Assembly: GCA_037189525.1 (NCBI GenBank)
Contig: JBBCJC010000002.1
Location: 1,216,001-1,280,000, forward strand
Direction: 5' to 3'
DNA length: 64,000 nucleotides
From: Gemmatimonadales bacterium
GTDB lineage: Bacteria; Gemmatimonadota; Gemmatimonadetes; Gemmatimonadales; GWC2-71-9
Positions within the stretch are counted from its first letter, which is position 1, and each line of letters opens with the position of its first letter. The translations under genes and the position numbers were made by a program. The notes beneath the pieces are model-generated. The model ran no database searches and was not told the DNA's origin. It worked only from the letters and a program-made list of their open reading frames with translations. Of the stretch, positions 53,788 to 62,252 are shown piece by piece.

Positions 53788-55470
53788 TTAGAGACGGTTC
53801 AATTCCTTCTTCCACTGGTCCTTGAGTGTGACCGTGCGGTTGAAGACCAGTTTTGCAGCAGTCGAATCCATCTCGTCCGAGATGAAGTATCCCGTTCTCT
53901 CGAACTGATAGCGGGTGCCGGGCGGGTCGTTGGCCACGCTGGGCTCGATCTTGGCGCCTTCGACCGTGACGAGAGAATTCGGATTGAGCAGGGTGGTAAA
54001 GTCCTGCTCGTCGTCGGCTTCGGGGTCTGCGACCGTGAAGAGCGGCTCGTACAGGCGCAGTTCACAGTCGAGCGCATGTGCAGCAGAGACCCAGTGGATG
54101 GTGCCCTGCACCTTGCGGCCGTCCGGGGCGTTCCCGCCACGGGTTTCCGGGTCGTAGGTGCAATGCAATTCGACCACCTCGCCGGCTGCGTTCTTGATCA
54201 CGTCGGTGCAGGTGATCAGGTAACCGTAGCGGAGCCGCACCTCGCGGCCGGGCGCCAGGCGGAAAAACTTCCGCGGCGGATCCTCCATGAAATCATCGCG
54301 CTCGACGTAGATCTCCCGCGAGAACGGCACCATACGGGTGCCGGTTTTGGGCACGTCGTGCGGGTAGTACGAGGCTTCCAGCTCCTCGCTCTGCCCCGCG
54401 GGGTAGTTAGTGAGCACCACCTTGAGCGGATTGACGACGCAGAGCACCCGCGGTACCCGCATGTTGAGATCGTTCCGTACGGCATGCTCGTACGCGGCCA
54501 GTTCGGTCCGCGCATCCTTCCGGGCGACACCCACGGCCTCACAAAAATCGCGGATCGCCTCGGGGGTCACGCCGCGGCGGCGGATACCTGCCAGGGTGGG
54601 CATCCGGGGATCGTCCCAGCCCGTGACGTGGCCTTCATTGACGAGGCGCAGCAGCTTCCGCTTGCTGACTACGGTGTAGTCGAGCTGGAGCCGTGCAAAC
54701 TCCGTCTGCTCGGGCGGCCGGACGAAATCGAGTTCGCGGAGCAGCCAATCGTAGATCTCCCGGTTGTCCTTGAACTCGAGCGTGCAGAGCGAGTGGGTGA
54801 TGCCCTCGATGGCGTCCGACAGGCCATGCGCGAAGTCGTAGAGCGGGTAGATGCGCCAGGCATCGCCGCGCCGGTAGTGATGCGCGTGGCGGATCCGGAT
54901 CAGCACCGGATCGCGCATGATCATATTGGGGTGCGCCAGATCGATCCGGGCGCGCAGGACATGGGCGCCGTCAGGGAACTCCCCCGCCTTCATGCGCGCC
55001 AGCAGGTCCAGATTCTCTACAACCGACCGATCGCGGAATGGCCCGGGCGTGCCCGGCGTCGTGACCGTGCCCCGGTTGGTCCGGATCTCCTCTTCGGTCT
55101 GGCTGTCGACGTAGGCTTTGCCCTTCTCGATCAGCCGGACGGCGAACTCGTAGAGCTGCTCGAAATAATCGCTCGCGTATCGCTCCTCGTCCCATTCGAA
55201 GCCGAGCCAGCGGACATCCCGTTTGATGGCCTCGACGTAGCGGAGGTCCTCGGTAAACGGATTGGTGTCGTCGAACCGCAGGTTGACGATTCCGCCGAAC
55301 TCGCGGGCAATCCCGAAGTTGAGGCAGATCGACTTGGCGTGCCCGATATGTGGATAGCCGTTCGGCTCGGGCGGGAAGCGGGTCGCGATCCGGCGGCCAA
55401 ATCGATTACTGGCCGCATCGTCGGCAACCATCTCACGAATGAAATCCCGGCGAGGCGATTCCTGGGTCAC
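53788..55470 (-). CDS. glnS: Glutamine--tRNA ligase
   Basis: TRFPPEPNGYPHIGHAKSI, RFDDTNP, VSKRKL, WDDPRMPT, YQFERTGYF. Confidence 0.97.
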   Translation of the reverse strand: MTQESPRRDFIREMVADDAASNRFGRRIATRFPPEPNGYPHIGHAKSICLNFGIAREFGGIVNLRFDDTNPFTEDLRYVEAIKRDVRWLGFEWDEERYASDYFEQLYEFAVRLIEKGKAYVDSQTEEEIRTNRGTVTTPGTPGPFRDRSVVENLDLLARMKAGEFPDGAHVLRARIDLAHPNMIMRDPVLIRIRHAHHYRRGDAWRIYPLYDFAHGLSDAIEGITHSLCTLEFKDNREIYDWLLRELDFVRPPEQTEFARLQLDYTVVSKRKLLRLVNEGHVTGWDDPRMPTLAGIRRRGVTPEAIRDFCEAVGVARKDARTELAAYEHAVRNDLNMRVPRVLCVVNPLKVVLTNYPAGQSEELEASYYPHDVPKTGTRMVPFSREIYVERDDFMEDPPRKFFRLAPGREVRLRYGYLITCTDVIKNAAGEVVELHCTYDPETRGGNAPDGRKVQGTIHWVSAAHALDCELRLYEPLFTVADPEADDEQDFTTLLNPNSLVTVEGAKIEPSVANDPPGTRYQFERTGYFISDEMDSTAAKLVFNRTVTLKDQWKKELNRL

Positions 55471-55883
55471 GGGTGTATCCGCATGGGTTGAGGTTCGGTT
55501 GATGAGAGTTCGCAAAATACACCGGTCGGCCGGCTTTTTGTTGCTCGGGCGGACATCGGCTCCAAGCGTAGGGCCTCCCAGGCTCTGCTTCCGGTAACAG
55601 CCTGGTGCGTTGCTTTCGGAAAGGTGGATAGGGTCGGGATAGGAACGGCCGCGAGGCGCAAGCGGATCGGGAGGGCAACGCCGCGAGGTTTCCGGGAGAG
55701 CCAATTGTCGCGACAATTGAGTTGGTCCCGGGACACGACGTTTCCACAGCGCTCGGATCGTGAGATGGCATGACGATGTGATCACGACAGCGGTTGCCTG
55801 CCGCAACGGATCGTAGTACCCTGTGCCGAGCTCGAGTTCGGCTCGATCGCTCGGGAGCGATTCGTTGTGAGGGAGCAGATGAT

Positions 55884-57164
55884 ATGATAGCCAAGTTGAT
55901 GCCGTGGATTCACGAATTCCTGGTTCGGATCGGACTGCCGCCGGACATGGTGGCCATCGGAAACACGATTGCCGGTGTTCTCCTGTTGGCCATCCTTGCG
56001 TGGCTTGCGAATCTCGTGGCCAAGAAGGTCATTCTGCGCGTCGTGAGCGCCGTCATCGCCCGGACTCAGTTCCGGTGGGATGATGCGTTGCTCGAGGCCG
56101 GGGTCTTCACCCGGTTGTCGCACTTGGCTCCGGCGATCGTGATCAACGCTTTCGGCAGTGACGTCCTGGGAGCCAGCCCAGAGGTCTTGGCCGGCCTGCG
56201 CAGTGCCGTGACCATCTACCTGACCTTCATCTGGCTTGCGGTAGTCTTCGCGGCGATCGACGCGATGCAGCTGATCGCCAGCCGGTCCGGGCACGCCGAG
56301 CGGGTCCCGGTCAAGGGGTTTGGCCAGGCGATCAAGCTGATCGCGGCACTGGTCGGTGTGATCATCGTGCTGGCCGCGCTGCTCGACAAATCGCCCGTCT
56401 ACCTGCTGTCGGGGCTTGGTGCGCTGACGGCCGTCCTGCTGCTGGTGTTCCGGGACGCCATTCTGGGATTCGTGGCGGGAATTCTTCTGTCGGTCAACCG
56501 GATGGTGCAGGTGGGCGACTGGATCGAGATGCCCAAGGCGGGCGCCGATGGCGATGTCATCGACGTCTCCCTCACGACCGTCAAGGTCCGGAACTGGGAC
56601 AAGACGATCACGACGATCCCCACCTATACCATGATTTCGGACTCGTTCAAGAACTGGCGGGGGATGTTCGAGTCGGGCGGGCGCCGGATCAAGCGGGCGC
56701 TCAATATCGATATGCGCTCGGTGCGCTTCGCGACGAACGAGATGATTACCCGATGGAGCCGGATCGACCTGCTCACGCAGTATCTGGTCGATAAGCAGGG
56801 GGAGATCGAGGAGGAAAACCGCCGACAGGGCACCGATCTGTCGATCCTCGGTAACGGGCGCCGGATTACCAATCTCGGCACCTTCCGCGCCTACTGCATC
56901 GCCTATCTTCGCGCCGATTCACGCATCCATCAGGATATGACGTTTCTCGTTCGCCAGCTTGCGCCCACGGAGCACGGCATTCCCCTCGAGATCTACGTCT
57001 TTACCAACGACACGCGCTGGGCGGTGTACGAGGGGATTCAGGCCGACATCTTCGACCACCTCCTGGCGGTCATTCCCGAATTCGATCTCCACGTCTTTCA
57101 GGACCCGTCCGGACGCGACGTGGGGCAAGGCGTCGAGGAGCTGCGCAGGGCGCCGGCGGTTTGA
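55884..57164 (+). CDS. MscS family mechanosensitive channel (YbdG/MscM-like)
   Basis: LSGLGA.TAVLLLVFRDAILG, GDWIEMP..GADG, NWDKT, GGRRIKR, QADIFDH. Confidence 0.93.
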   Translation: MIAKLMPWIHEFLVRIGLPPDMVAIGNTIAGVLLLAILAWLANLVAKKVILRVVSAVIARTQFRWDDALLEAGVFTRLSHLAPAIVINAFGSDVLGASPEVLAGLRSAVTIYLTFIWLAVVFAAIDAMQLIASRSGHAERVPVKGFGQAIKLIAALVGVIIVLAALLDKSPVYLLSGLGALTAVLLLVFRDAILGFVAGILLSVNRMVQVGDWIEMPKAGADGDVIDVSLTTVKVRNWDKTITTIPTYTMISDSFKNWRGMFESGGRRIKRALNIDMRSVRFATNEMITRWSRIDLLTQYLVDKQGEIEEENRRQGTDLSILGNGRRITNLGTFRAYCIAYLRADSRIHQDMTFLVRQLAPTEHGIPLEIYVFTNDTRWAVYEGIQADIFDHLLAVIPEFDLHVFQDPSGRDVGQGVEELRRAPAV

Positions 57165-57201
57165 CGTTCTTTGCCAGCATCCGCAGCTGAGTCCTCGGCA
57201 C

Positions 57202-57630
57202 TTACCGGATGTCGACAGACGCGGACGGCATCCCCAGGATCTCCGGGCCGTTTGCATCCACCGAAAAGCGGGGCCGGATCCGATAGCTGCCGGCCGTACC
57301 CGGGACGCTGACGGCTCCGGCCAGCGTATTGCCCGCAGCCAGCGGAAGCGGGGTGGTGGGGAGGACGGCAAGGCAGAATCCGCTGGCGTAGGTTTCCCAG
57401 CCGCTGCCGGTCGTGTGCTCGACGACGACGCGTGCCTGATCGCCGCAGGCAGACACGAACACCGGGGCCGCACTGCGGTTGGTGAGCGTGAACGGAATCG
57501 TCATGCTCTGACCGTCTCGCGAGACCGCTGCCTGATCGGGCGTGACCACGAGGGCCGCTTCGGGCGGGGCAATCGGGTCGCTGCAGGCCGTCGCCAGGAA
57601 CAGGAGGCCAACCGTGGGGATCGAACGCAT
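57202..57630 (-). CDS. Small lipoprotein, Ig-like fold
   Basis: Lipobox ATAC; GGAGG RBS; one Cys pair. Confidence 0.7.
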   Translation of the reverse strand: MRSIPTVGLLFLATACSDPIAPPEAALVVTPDQAAVSRDGQSMTIPFTLTNRSAAPVFVSACGDQARVVVEHTTGSGWETYASGFCLAVLPTTPLPLAAGNTLAGAVSVPGTAGSYRIRPRFSVDANGPEILGMPSASVDIR

Positions 57631-57757
57631 CCGAACCTCCGATCATGGGAGGATATGGTCCCGCCGGGCGTGACGCGAGTGCTCGCCTCTGGGGATCGTC
57701 ACTGATATGGGCCGGCACGCGAGGACGTGCTGCCGATCCGACACGCGCCCGCAGTGA

Positions 57758-58177
57758 TTACCCGGACAGCCTGCCGTCATCGTGGTTGTTGGCTCTCGTT
57801 GCGGGCATTAGTGAGCCTGAGCGGCGCTGCCGCCGGAACACGTACCAGTAGAGGGCCAGGTTGAGCGCCAGCAGAAACACGCCGAGTGCGATCTGAATGG
57901 TGCGGGTCAGGCCGTCGGGGTAGATGAGCGGTGTGAGGTAATGCTCGATGAATCCCCCGCTGTACCCACTCTCACCCGCACGGCGCCGGAAGTAGTTCTC
58001 CAGCGGCGTCAGCGGACAGGTGAAGTTGCCCCACCCGACGATCACGCCCCAGGCCGTCAGCGGGAGATGGAGCCAGGCGAGCCGCGGCCAGCGGAGCAGG
58101 AGCAGCGCGCCCACGCCGACGAAGACAATGAACGCGAGGTGGACGAGCAGGGTCAGGTCGGCCAGGATCCGCATCAT
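57758..58177 (-). CDS. DUF2784 family membrane protein
   Basis: H.AFI.F, WLHLP, CPLTPLEN, GFIEHY..PLIYP. Confidence 0.88.
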   Translation of the reverse strand: MMRILADLTLLVHLAFIVFVGVGALLLLRWPRLAWLHLPLTAWGVIVGWGNFTCPLTPLENYFRRRAGESGYSGGFIEHYLTPLIYPDGLTRTIQIALGVFLLALNLALYWYVFRRQRRSGSLMPATRANNHDDGRLSG

Positions 58178-58195
58178 GGGGCGACCGTGCCGGAG

Positions 58196-58996
58196 TCAGG
58201 GTACCTGCGTACCAGGCGGACGATTCAGCTTGAGCTCGAACAGGCGCGGCCACCGCTTGCCCGTGACGTAGAGATGGCCGGTTGCCTCGTCGAATGCGAT
58301 CCCGTTCAGCACGTTGTCGTCGGTATCTCGGGCGCTGAATCCGGAGAGGAGCCGCCCCAGATCGAGGATGTCGGTGACGCGTCCCGAGACCGGGTCGATC
58401 CTGAGGATCCAATCACTCTGATACACATTGGCGAACAACTCGCCGCGGATATACTCGAGTTCGTTGAGCTTGCTCACGGCCTCGCTCGATGCGAAGCGGA
58501 CGGCGACGGTTTTCTGCACGGCAAACGTGGCCGGATCGAGGAACCGGATCGTGTCGCCGCCGTCGGTCATGATGAGCGAGGTGCCATCGGTGGTGAGGCC
58601 CCATCCCTCGCCCGGGTACGCGATCGAGTCGATCAGGCGGAAGGTGGCCTGGTCGTAGACGTACGCGATGTTGGACTGCCAGGTGAGCTGATAGAGCTTG
58701 CCGCCGAGTGCGGTCAGACCCTCGCCGAAACGGTTCGCGGGGAGCGCGATGCGTTCCAGGACCGCGCCGGTCTTCAGGGCGACCTTCCGCAGCTCCGACT
58801 GCCCGTAGACCCCGGTCGACTCGAAGAGCGTGCCGTCTGTGTGGCGGATGAGCCCCTGGGTGTATGCCGTCGTGTCATGGGGGTACTCCGCGACGACGGT
58901 GTACCCCCGCGGCGCGGCTGGCGGGGCAGCCCGTGCGGCGCAACCGTGGAGCGAAACGAATCCCAGAAGTAGCGCGGATAGTCGGATCGGCGGCAT
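58196..58996 (-). CDS. Glutaminyl-peptide cyclotransferase (beta-propeller type), lipoprotein
   Basis: YPHD..AYTQGL, ESTG.YG.S, FGEG, QLTW, EGWGLT, LNELE, VLNGIA, TGKRW; lipobox LHGC. Confidence 0.95.
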   Translation of the reverse strand: MPPIRLSALLLGFVSLHGCAARAAPPAAPRGYTVVAEYPHDTTAYTQGLIRHTDGTLFESTGVYGQSELRKVALKTGAVLERIALPANRFGEGLTALGGKLYQLTWQSNIAYVYDQATFRLIDSIAYPGEGWGLTTDGTSLIMTDGGDTIRFLDPATFAVQKTVAVRFASSEAVSKLNELEYIRGELFANVYQSDWILRIDPVSGRVTDILDLGRLLSGFSARDTDDNVLNGIAFDEATGHLYVTGKRWPRLFELKLNRPPGTQVP

Positions 58997-59015
58997 GGCA
59001 GTCTCGGCTAGGCGT

Positions 59016-60470
59016 TCAGGCAGAGGTTGAGAACAGGTCGTGCACCGTCCAGGGAATCACGCGCTGTTCGAGGTTTCGCGCCACCTCGTGGAACGACTTC
59101 TTGAAAGGCGCCGCCGATACGAACAGGAGGAGCGCGTCCTTGGCCAGGGCGTCGCGGGCCCAGGTACGTCCACTATCCGCGAGTCGTCGGAGCGCGTCCA
59201 GATGCTCGAGCAGGACGGTGGCATCGGTCGAACGTCGCTGAAATTTGACCGAGCCGGTCATGACGCGGTCGTTCAGCAGCCGGGCGACGAGATCGATCTC
59301 GGTGTCCCGCCGATTACGATCCTGGCCTTCCCATCGGCCCCAGGCTTCTACGGCGGGGAGGTCCCTGGCTGCGCGATGGCGCCGATAGGCCTGCCGGACG
59401 ACGTCCTCGAACACCTCTTTGCCCACATAGGCCGGAAAGACCTGCTCCGCGAGGCGTTCCCGCCAGACGGTTTCGGCGCCGGCGCTCGCGATGGCGGACT
59501 CGTTAGGCAGGACGAGGCCGACGTGAAAGCGCAGCGCGGGATCGGCGATACGATAGCGCACGGTCTGATTTTGGGGTTCCTCGAAGTTGCGTTCCATCTC
59601 GAGGAAGCCCAGCTCGACCAACTGCGCCACCATCCGCCGCAAGCCGGTGTCGACCGCTTGACCGAGGGTCGCGGCCACCTGGCCGATGCTGCGCCGCTTG
59701 AGGCCGACGGCCGCGAGGATACCCTGATACTGGACGTGATCGCGCAGTCCCTCTTCCTGGCGCAGCACCGTTTCCAGCTGCAAACGAACTTCGCCGTGCT
59801 GGTCGAGCAGCAGGCGCACGATGTTCTCGGCCAGCGGTCGCCGATCGTCGACGGCTCGCAGGTATTTCGGCACACCGCCGAACGCAGCGTAAGTGCGAAT
59901 CTGATCGGCCGGGGTGTAGCCAGGCACCATCCGGCCCGCATCCCAATAGTCGAAGGGGTGGAGTTGCCGGGTCCAGTCGAGCCGTCCATAGAGGGGCGCA
60001 CCGCCGTCGGCCAATGCCTCCAGAGTCCGGACGGCAGATCCCGAAAGGACCAGCAGCACGCCTCCTTGCCGGTTCAGTCGGCCTTCCCAGGCGGCGTTGA
60101 GTTCGGAGGTCACCTCGACGAGGCCAGCCGCGTCGGTTGCCAGGTACTGCAGTTCGTCGATGATGGCGACGAGGTTGCGGTCGGGCGCGAGTTCCAGGAG
60201 TGTCCGGAAGACGGTTCGCCAGGTCGGGTGGTCGTCCGGGCGGAGATCCACGCCCGCCCATCGGCCGGCTTCCTCGATCAAGACCCGCCGATTGATTTCG
60301 GGTGATGTAGCCGACGCCGTGAAGTAAAAGGCCCGATCCGGCGGCCATGCGCTGGTGAGCAGAAAGGTTTTGCCCACTCGGCGGCGGCCGTACAGCAGGG
60401 CCAGTTTCCGGTGACCGGAATCCGCCAGTGCACGGAGCTCGGCTATTTCGGTTTCTCGGTCGATCAGCAT
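59016..60470 (-). CDS. AAA+ ATPase (archaeal ATPase_2 type) with winged helix and DUF234-like C-terminal nuclease-fold domain
   Basis: DRETE, YGRRRVGKT, IIDELQY, LSGS, LYGR, GGVPKYL, FE, EIDLV. Confidence 0.85.
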   Translation of the reverse strand: MLIDRETEIAELRALADSGHRKLALLYGRRRVGKTFLLTSAWPPDRAFYFTASATSPEINRRVLIEEAGRWAGVDLRPDDHPTWRTVFRTLLELAPDRNLVAIIDELQYLATDAAGLVEVTSELNAAWEGRLNRQGGVLLVLSGSAVRTLEALADGGAPLYGRLDWTRQLHPFDYWDAGRMVPGYTPADQIRTYAAFGGVPKYLRAVDDRRPLAENIVRLLLDQHGEVRLQLETVLRQEEGLRDHVQYQGILAAVGLKRRSIGQVAATLGQAVDTGLRRMVAQLVELGFLEMERNFEEPQNQTVRYRIADPALRFHVGLVLPNESAIASAGAETVWRERLAEQVFPAYVGKEVFEDVVRQAYRRHRAARDLPAVEAWGRWEGQDRNRRDTEIDLVARLLNDRVMTGSVKFQRRSTDATVLLEHLDALRRLADSGRTWARDALAKDALLLFVSAAPFKKSFHEVARNLEQRVIPWTVHDLFSTSA

Positions 60471-60485
60471 ATCTCATCCATTGTT

Positions 60486-60549
60486 TACACATATATTTGT
60501 ATACTAACATATGTGTAGGCTATTATATTTGTATATAAACGTATGTGTA
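60486..60549. repeat. AT-rich imperfect direct repeat (2 x 26 bp) overlapping a 32-bp palindrome upstream of the ATPase
   Basis: TATATTTGTATACTAACATATGTGTA / TATATTTGTATATAAACGTATGTGTA; TACACATAT..GTATAC..ATATGTGTA. Confidence 0.7.
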
Positions 60550-60632
60550 TGTAATGTCTTTGGCAAGGAACCAGCGCAGCCCTACGGGGCACGGCTATAC
60601 GGCTTTCCCTCGTCTGGCGGGTTGGTGTAGGG

Positions 60633-62252
60633 TTATGGCTGGGGTGCGAGTCTGGCCTGAGCGCGGGCTGCGGAGGCCTTGAACTCGGCTTGGTCGAGTG
60701 ACAGTCCTTGCTCGGCGATAGTGAGCGCTTCTCGGTACTGTCCGGTCGTCATCAGGCACTCGAACAGACGGCTTCTCATCGTAGTCTCTTGCGGATGCCG
60801 GTCGAGGCCGCGACGGAGGATCTCTTCCGCCCTCCGGCAATCGCCCGCGGCCCGGTGGAGCTGGCCCCATTCTTCGAACAGCCGGGGACTGCCCTCGTAC
60901 AGGGCGGCCGCGCGGGCATACATGCTGTCGGCTCGCGCCGGTTCTCCGCGCCGGCTGAGTTCGATCGCATACATCTGAAACCCTCGATAGCTTCGCGGGC
61001 CGTCGATGACCGTCTGTGCAAACGTCGTCGGGCTATCGCGCCAGACGGCCTGGCGGGAATGGCTTCGGGCCGCACCCAATCCGACCAGGAGGCAGGCCAG
61101 CCCGGCCAGTAGCGGCGTCGACCGCGGCAGACGAGTCGCCAGCCAGGTTGCTCCACCGGCCCCGGCCAGGACCGCGCCCACGCTGGGCAGAAACAGCGTG
61201 CGCTCGGCGATGATGATGCCGCTCGGGAAGAGCAGGTTCGAGACGGGCAGGAGGGTGATTCCGATCCAGGTCAGGCCGAGTGTGACGACCGGGGTCGCAT
61301 GGCGGGACCGCATGGCCAGGACGACGACGGCAACGAGCAGTACGCCGCCGAACAGGACTGGAACGATCGATTCGGGTATCGTCCCGTAGGCGGGCGGGCT
61401 GTACTGCGCCTCGAGATGCCGGGGCCAGATCAGCAGCCGGAGCCACTCCGGAACGATCGGCGTCATGACCCGAATGCGCTCGCCGAAGCTCAGGGTGTCG
61501 AGCCCCGCGGCGGCCGAGCCGGCGCCCAGTTTGCCGAGCACTGCGTAGCGACCGAGCAGGAGTGCGACGGCTGCGGCGAGCGTCATCGCCACGGTCGGGC
61601 CTGCGGCGCGAAGACGCGATGCGAAGGTAGCGGTTCGGCCGTCCGTCAGCTCGAGGAGCAGGATCAGGCCGGGCAGCACGAACCCCTGTTCTTTCGCGGT
61701 GGCGGCCAGGATGGTTAGCCCCGCCAAGGCCAGTCGTTGCGAGGTCGTCGGGAGGCTGCCTGACGCGCGAATCCGCAGGTAAGCGAGGCACGCCAGCAGG
61801 GCGAACAGGGTCATCCAGAGTTCGCCCTGCCCGACCAGATTGCCGGTGGCTTCCACATGAACCGGATGGACCGCAAAGAGCGCGGCCGCCATCAGAGCCG
61901 CCGGCCGAGGCAGCCGGTACGCGGCGAGGCGATAGACCGCGACAGTCACCACCACGGTGAGCAGGATGCTCACCAGGTGGAAGACCCAGGGCGCCCCACC
62001 CGCAGCCTGCCATTGCAGAGCGAACATCCAGATCGTCCACGGCCGATAGGCATCTCCGAGGTTCTGGGGAGGCCAATAGCTTTGCTGCGCATACTTCCAG
62101 GGCGCAGCCAGGGTGTGAACCTGGGTGTTTTCGAGGATGATCGGAACGTCGTCGAACGCGAAGCCGTTGAAGAGCGACCGGGCCGTTGCGAACAGAACAA
62201 GGCCGGCGAGGATGAGATAGATCCTGGGTTGCGACCAGGCGCTATCCGCCAT
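60633..62252 (-). CDS. TMTC-like GT-C glycosyltransferase with TPRs
   Basis: FAFDD, YRP, FAVHPVHVEA, AKE, AERTLFLPS, C-terminal TPR. Confidence 0.8.
   Translation of the reverse strand: MADSAWSQPRIYLILAGLVLFATARSLFNGFAFDDVPIILENTQVHTLAAPWKYAQQSYWPPQNLGDAYRPWTIWMFALQWQAAGGAPWVFHLVSILLTVVVTVAVYRLAAYRLPRPAALMAAALFAVHPVHVEATGNLVGQGELWMTLFALLACLAYLRIRASGSLPTTSQRLALAGLTILAATAKEQGFVLPGLILLLELTDGRTATFASRLRAAGPTVAMTLAAAVALLLGRYAVLGKLGAGSAAAGLDTLSFGERIRVMTPIVPEWLRLLIWPRHLEAQYSPPAYGTIPESIVPVLFGGVLLVAVVVLAMRSRHATPVVTLGLTWIGITLLPVSNLLFPSGIIIAERTLFLPSVGAVLAGAGGATWLATRLPRSTPLLAGLACLLVGLGAARSHSRQAVWRDSPTTFAQTVIDGPRSYRGFQMYAIELSRRGEPARADSMYARAAALYEGSPRLFEEWGQLHRAAGDCRRAEEILRRGLDRHPQETTMRSRLFECLMTTGQYREALTIAEQGLSLDQAEFKASAARAQARLAPQP

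Noticed and set aside
60486..60549. Possible mini-CRISPR or iteron origin
   Set aside because: Only two imperfect repeats with a 6-bp gap; no cas or rep gene
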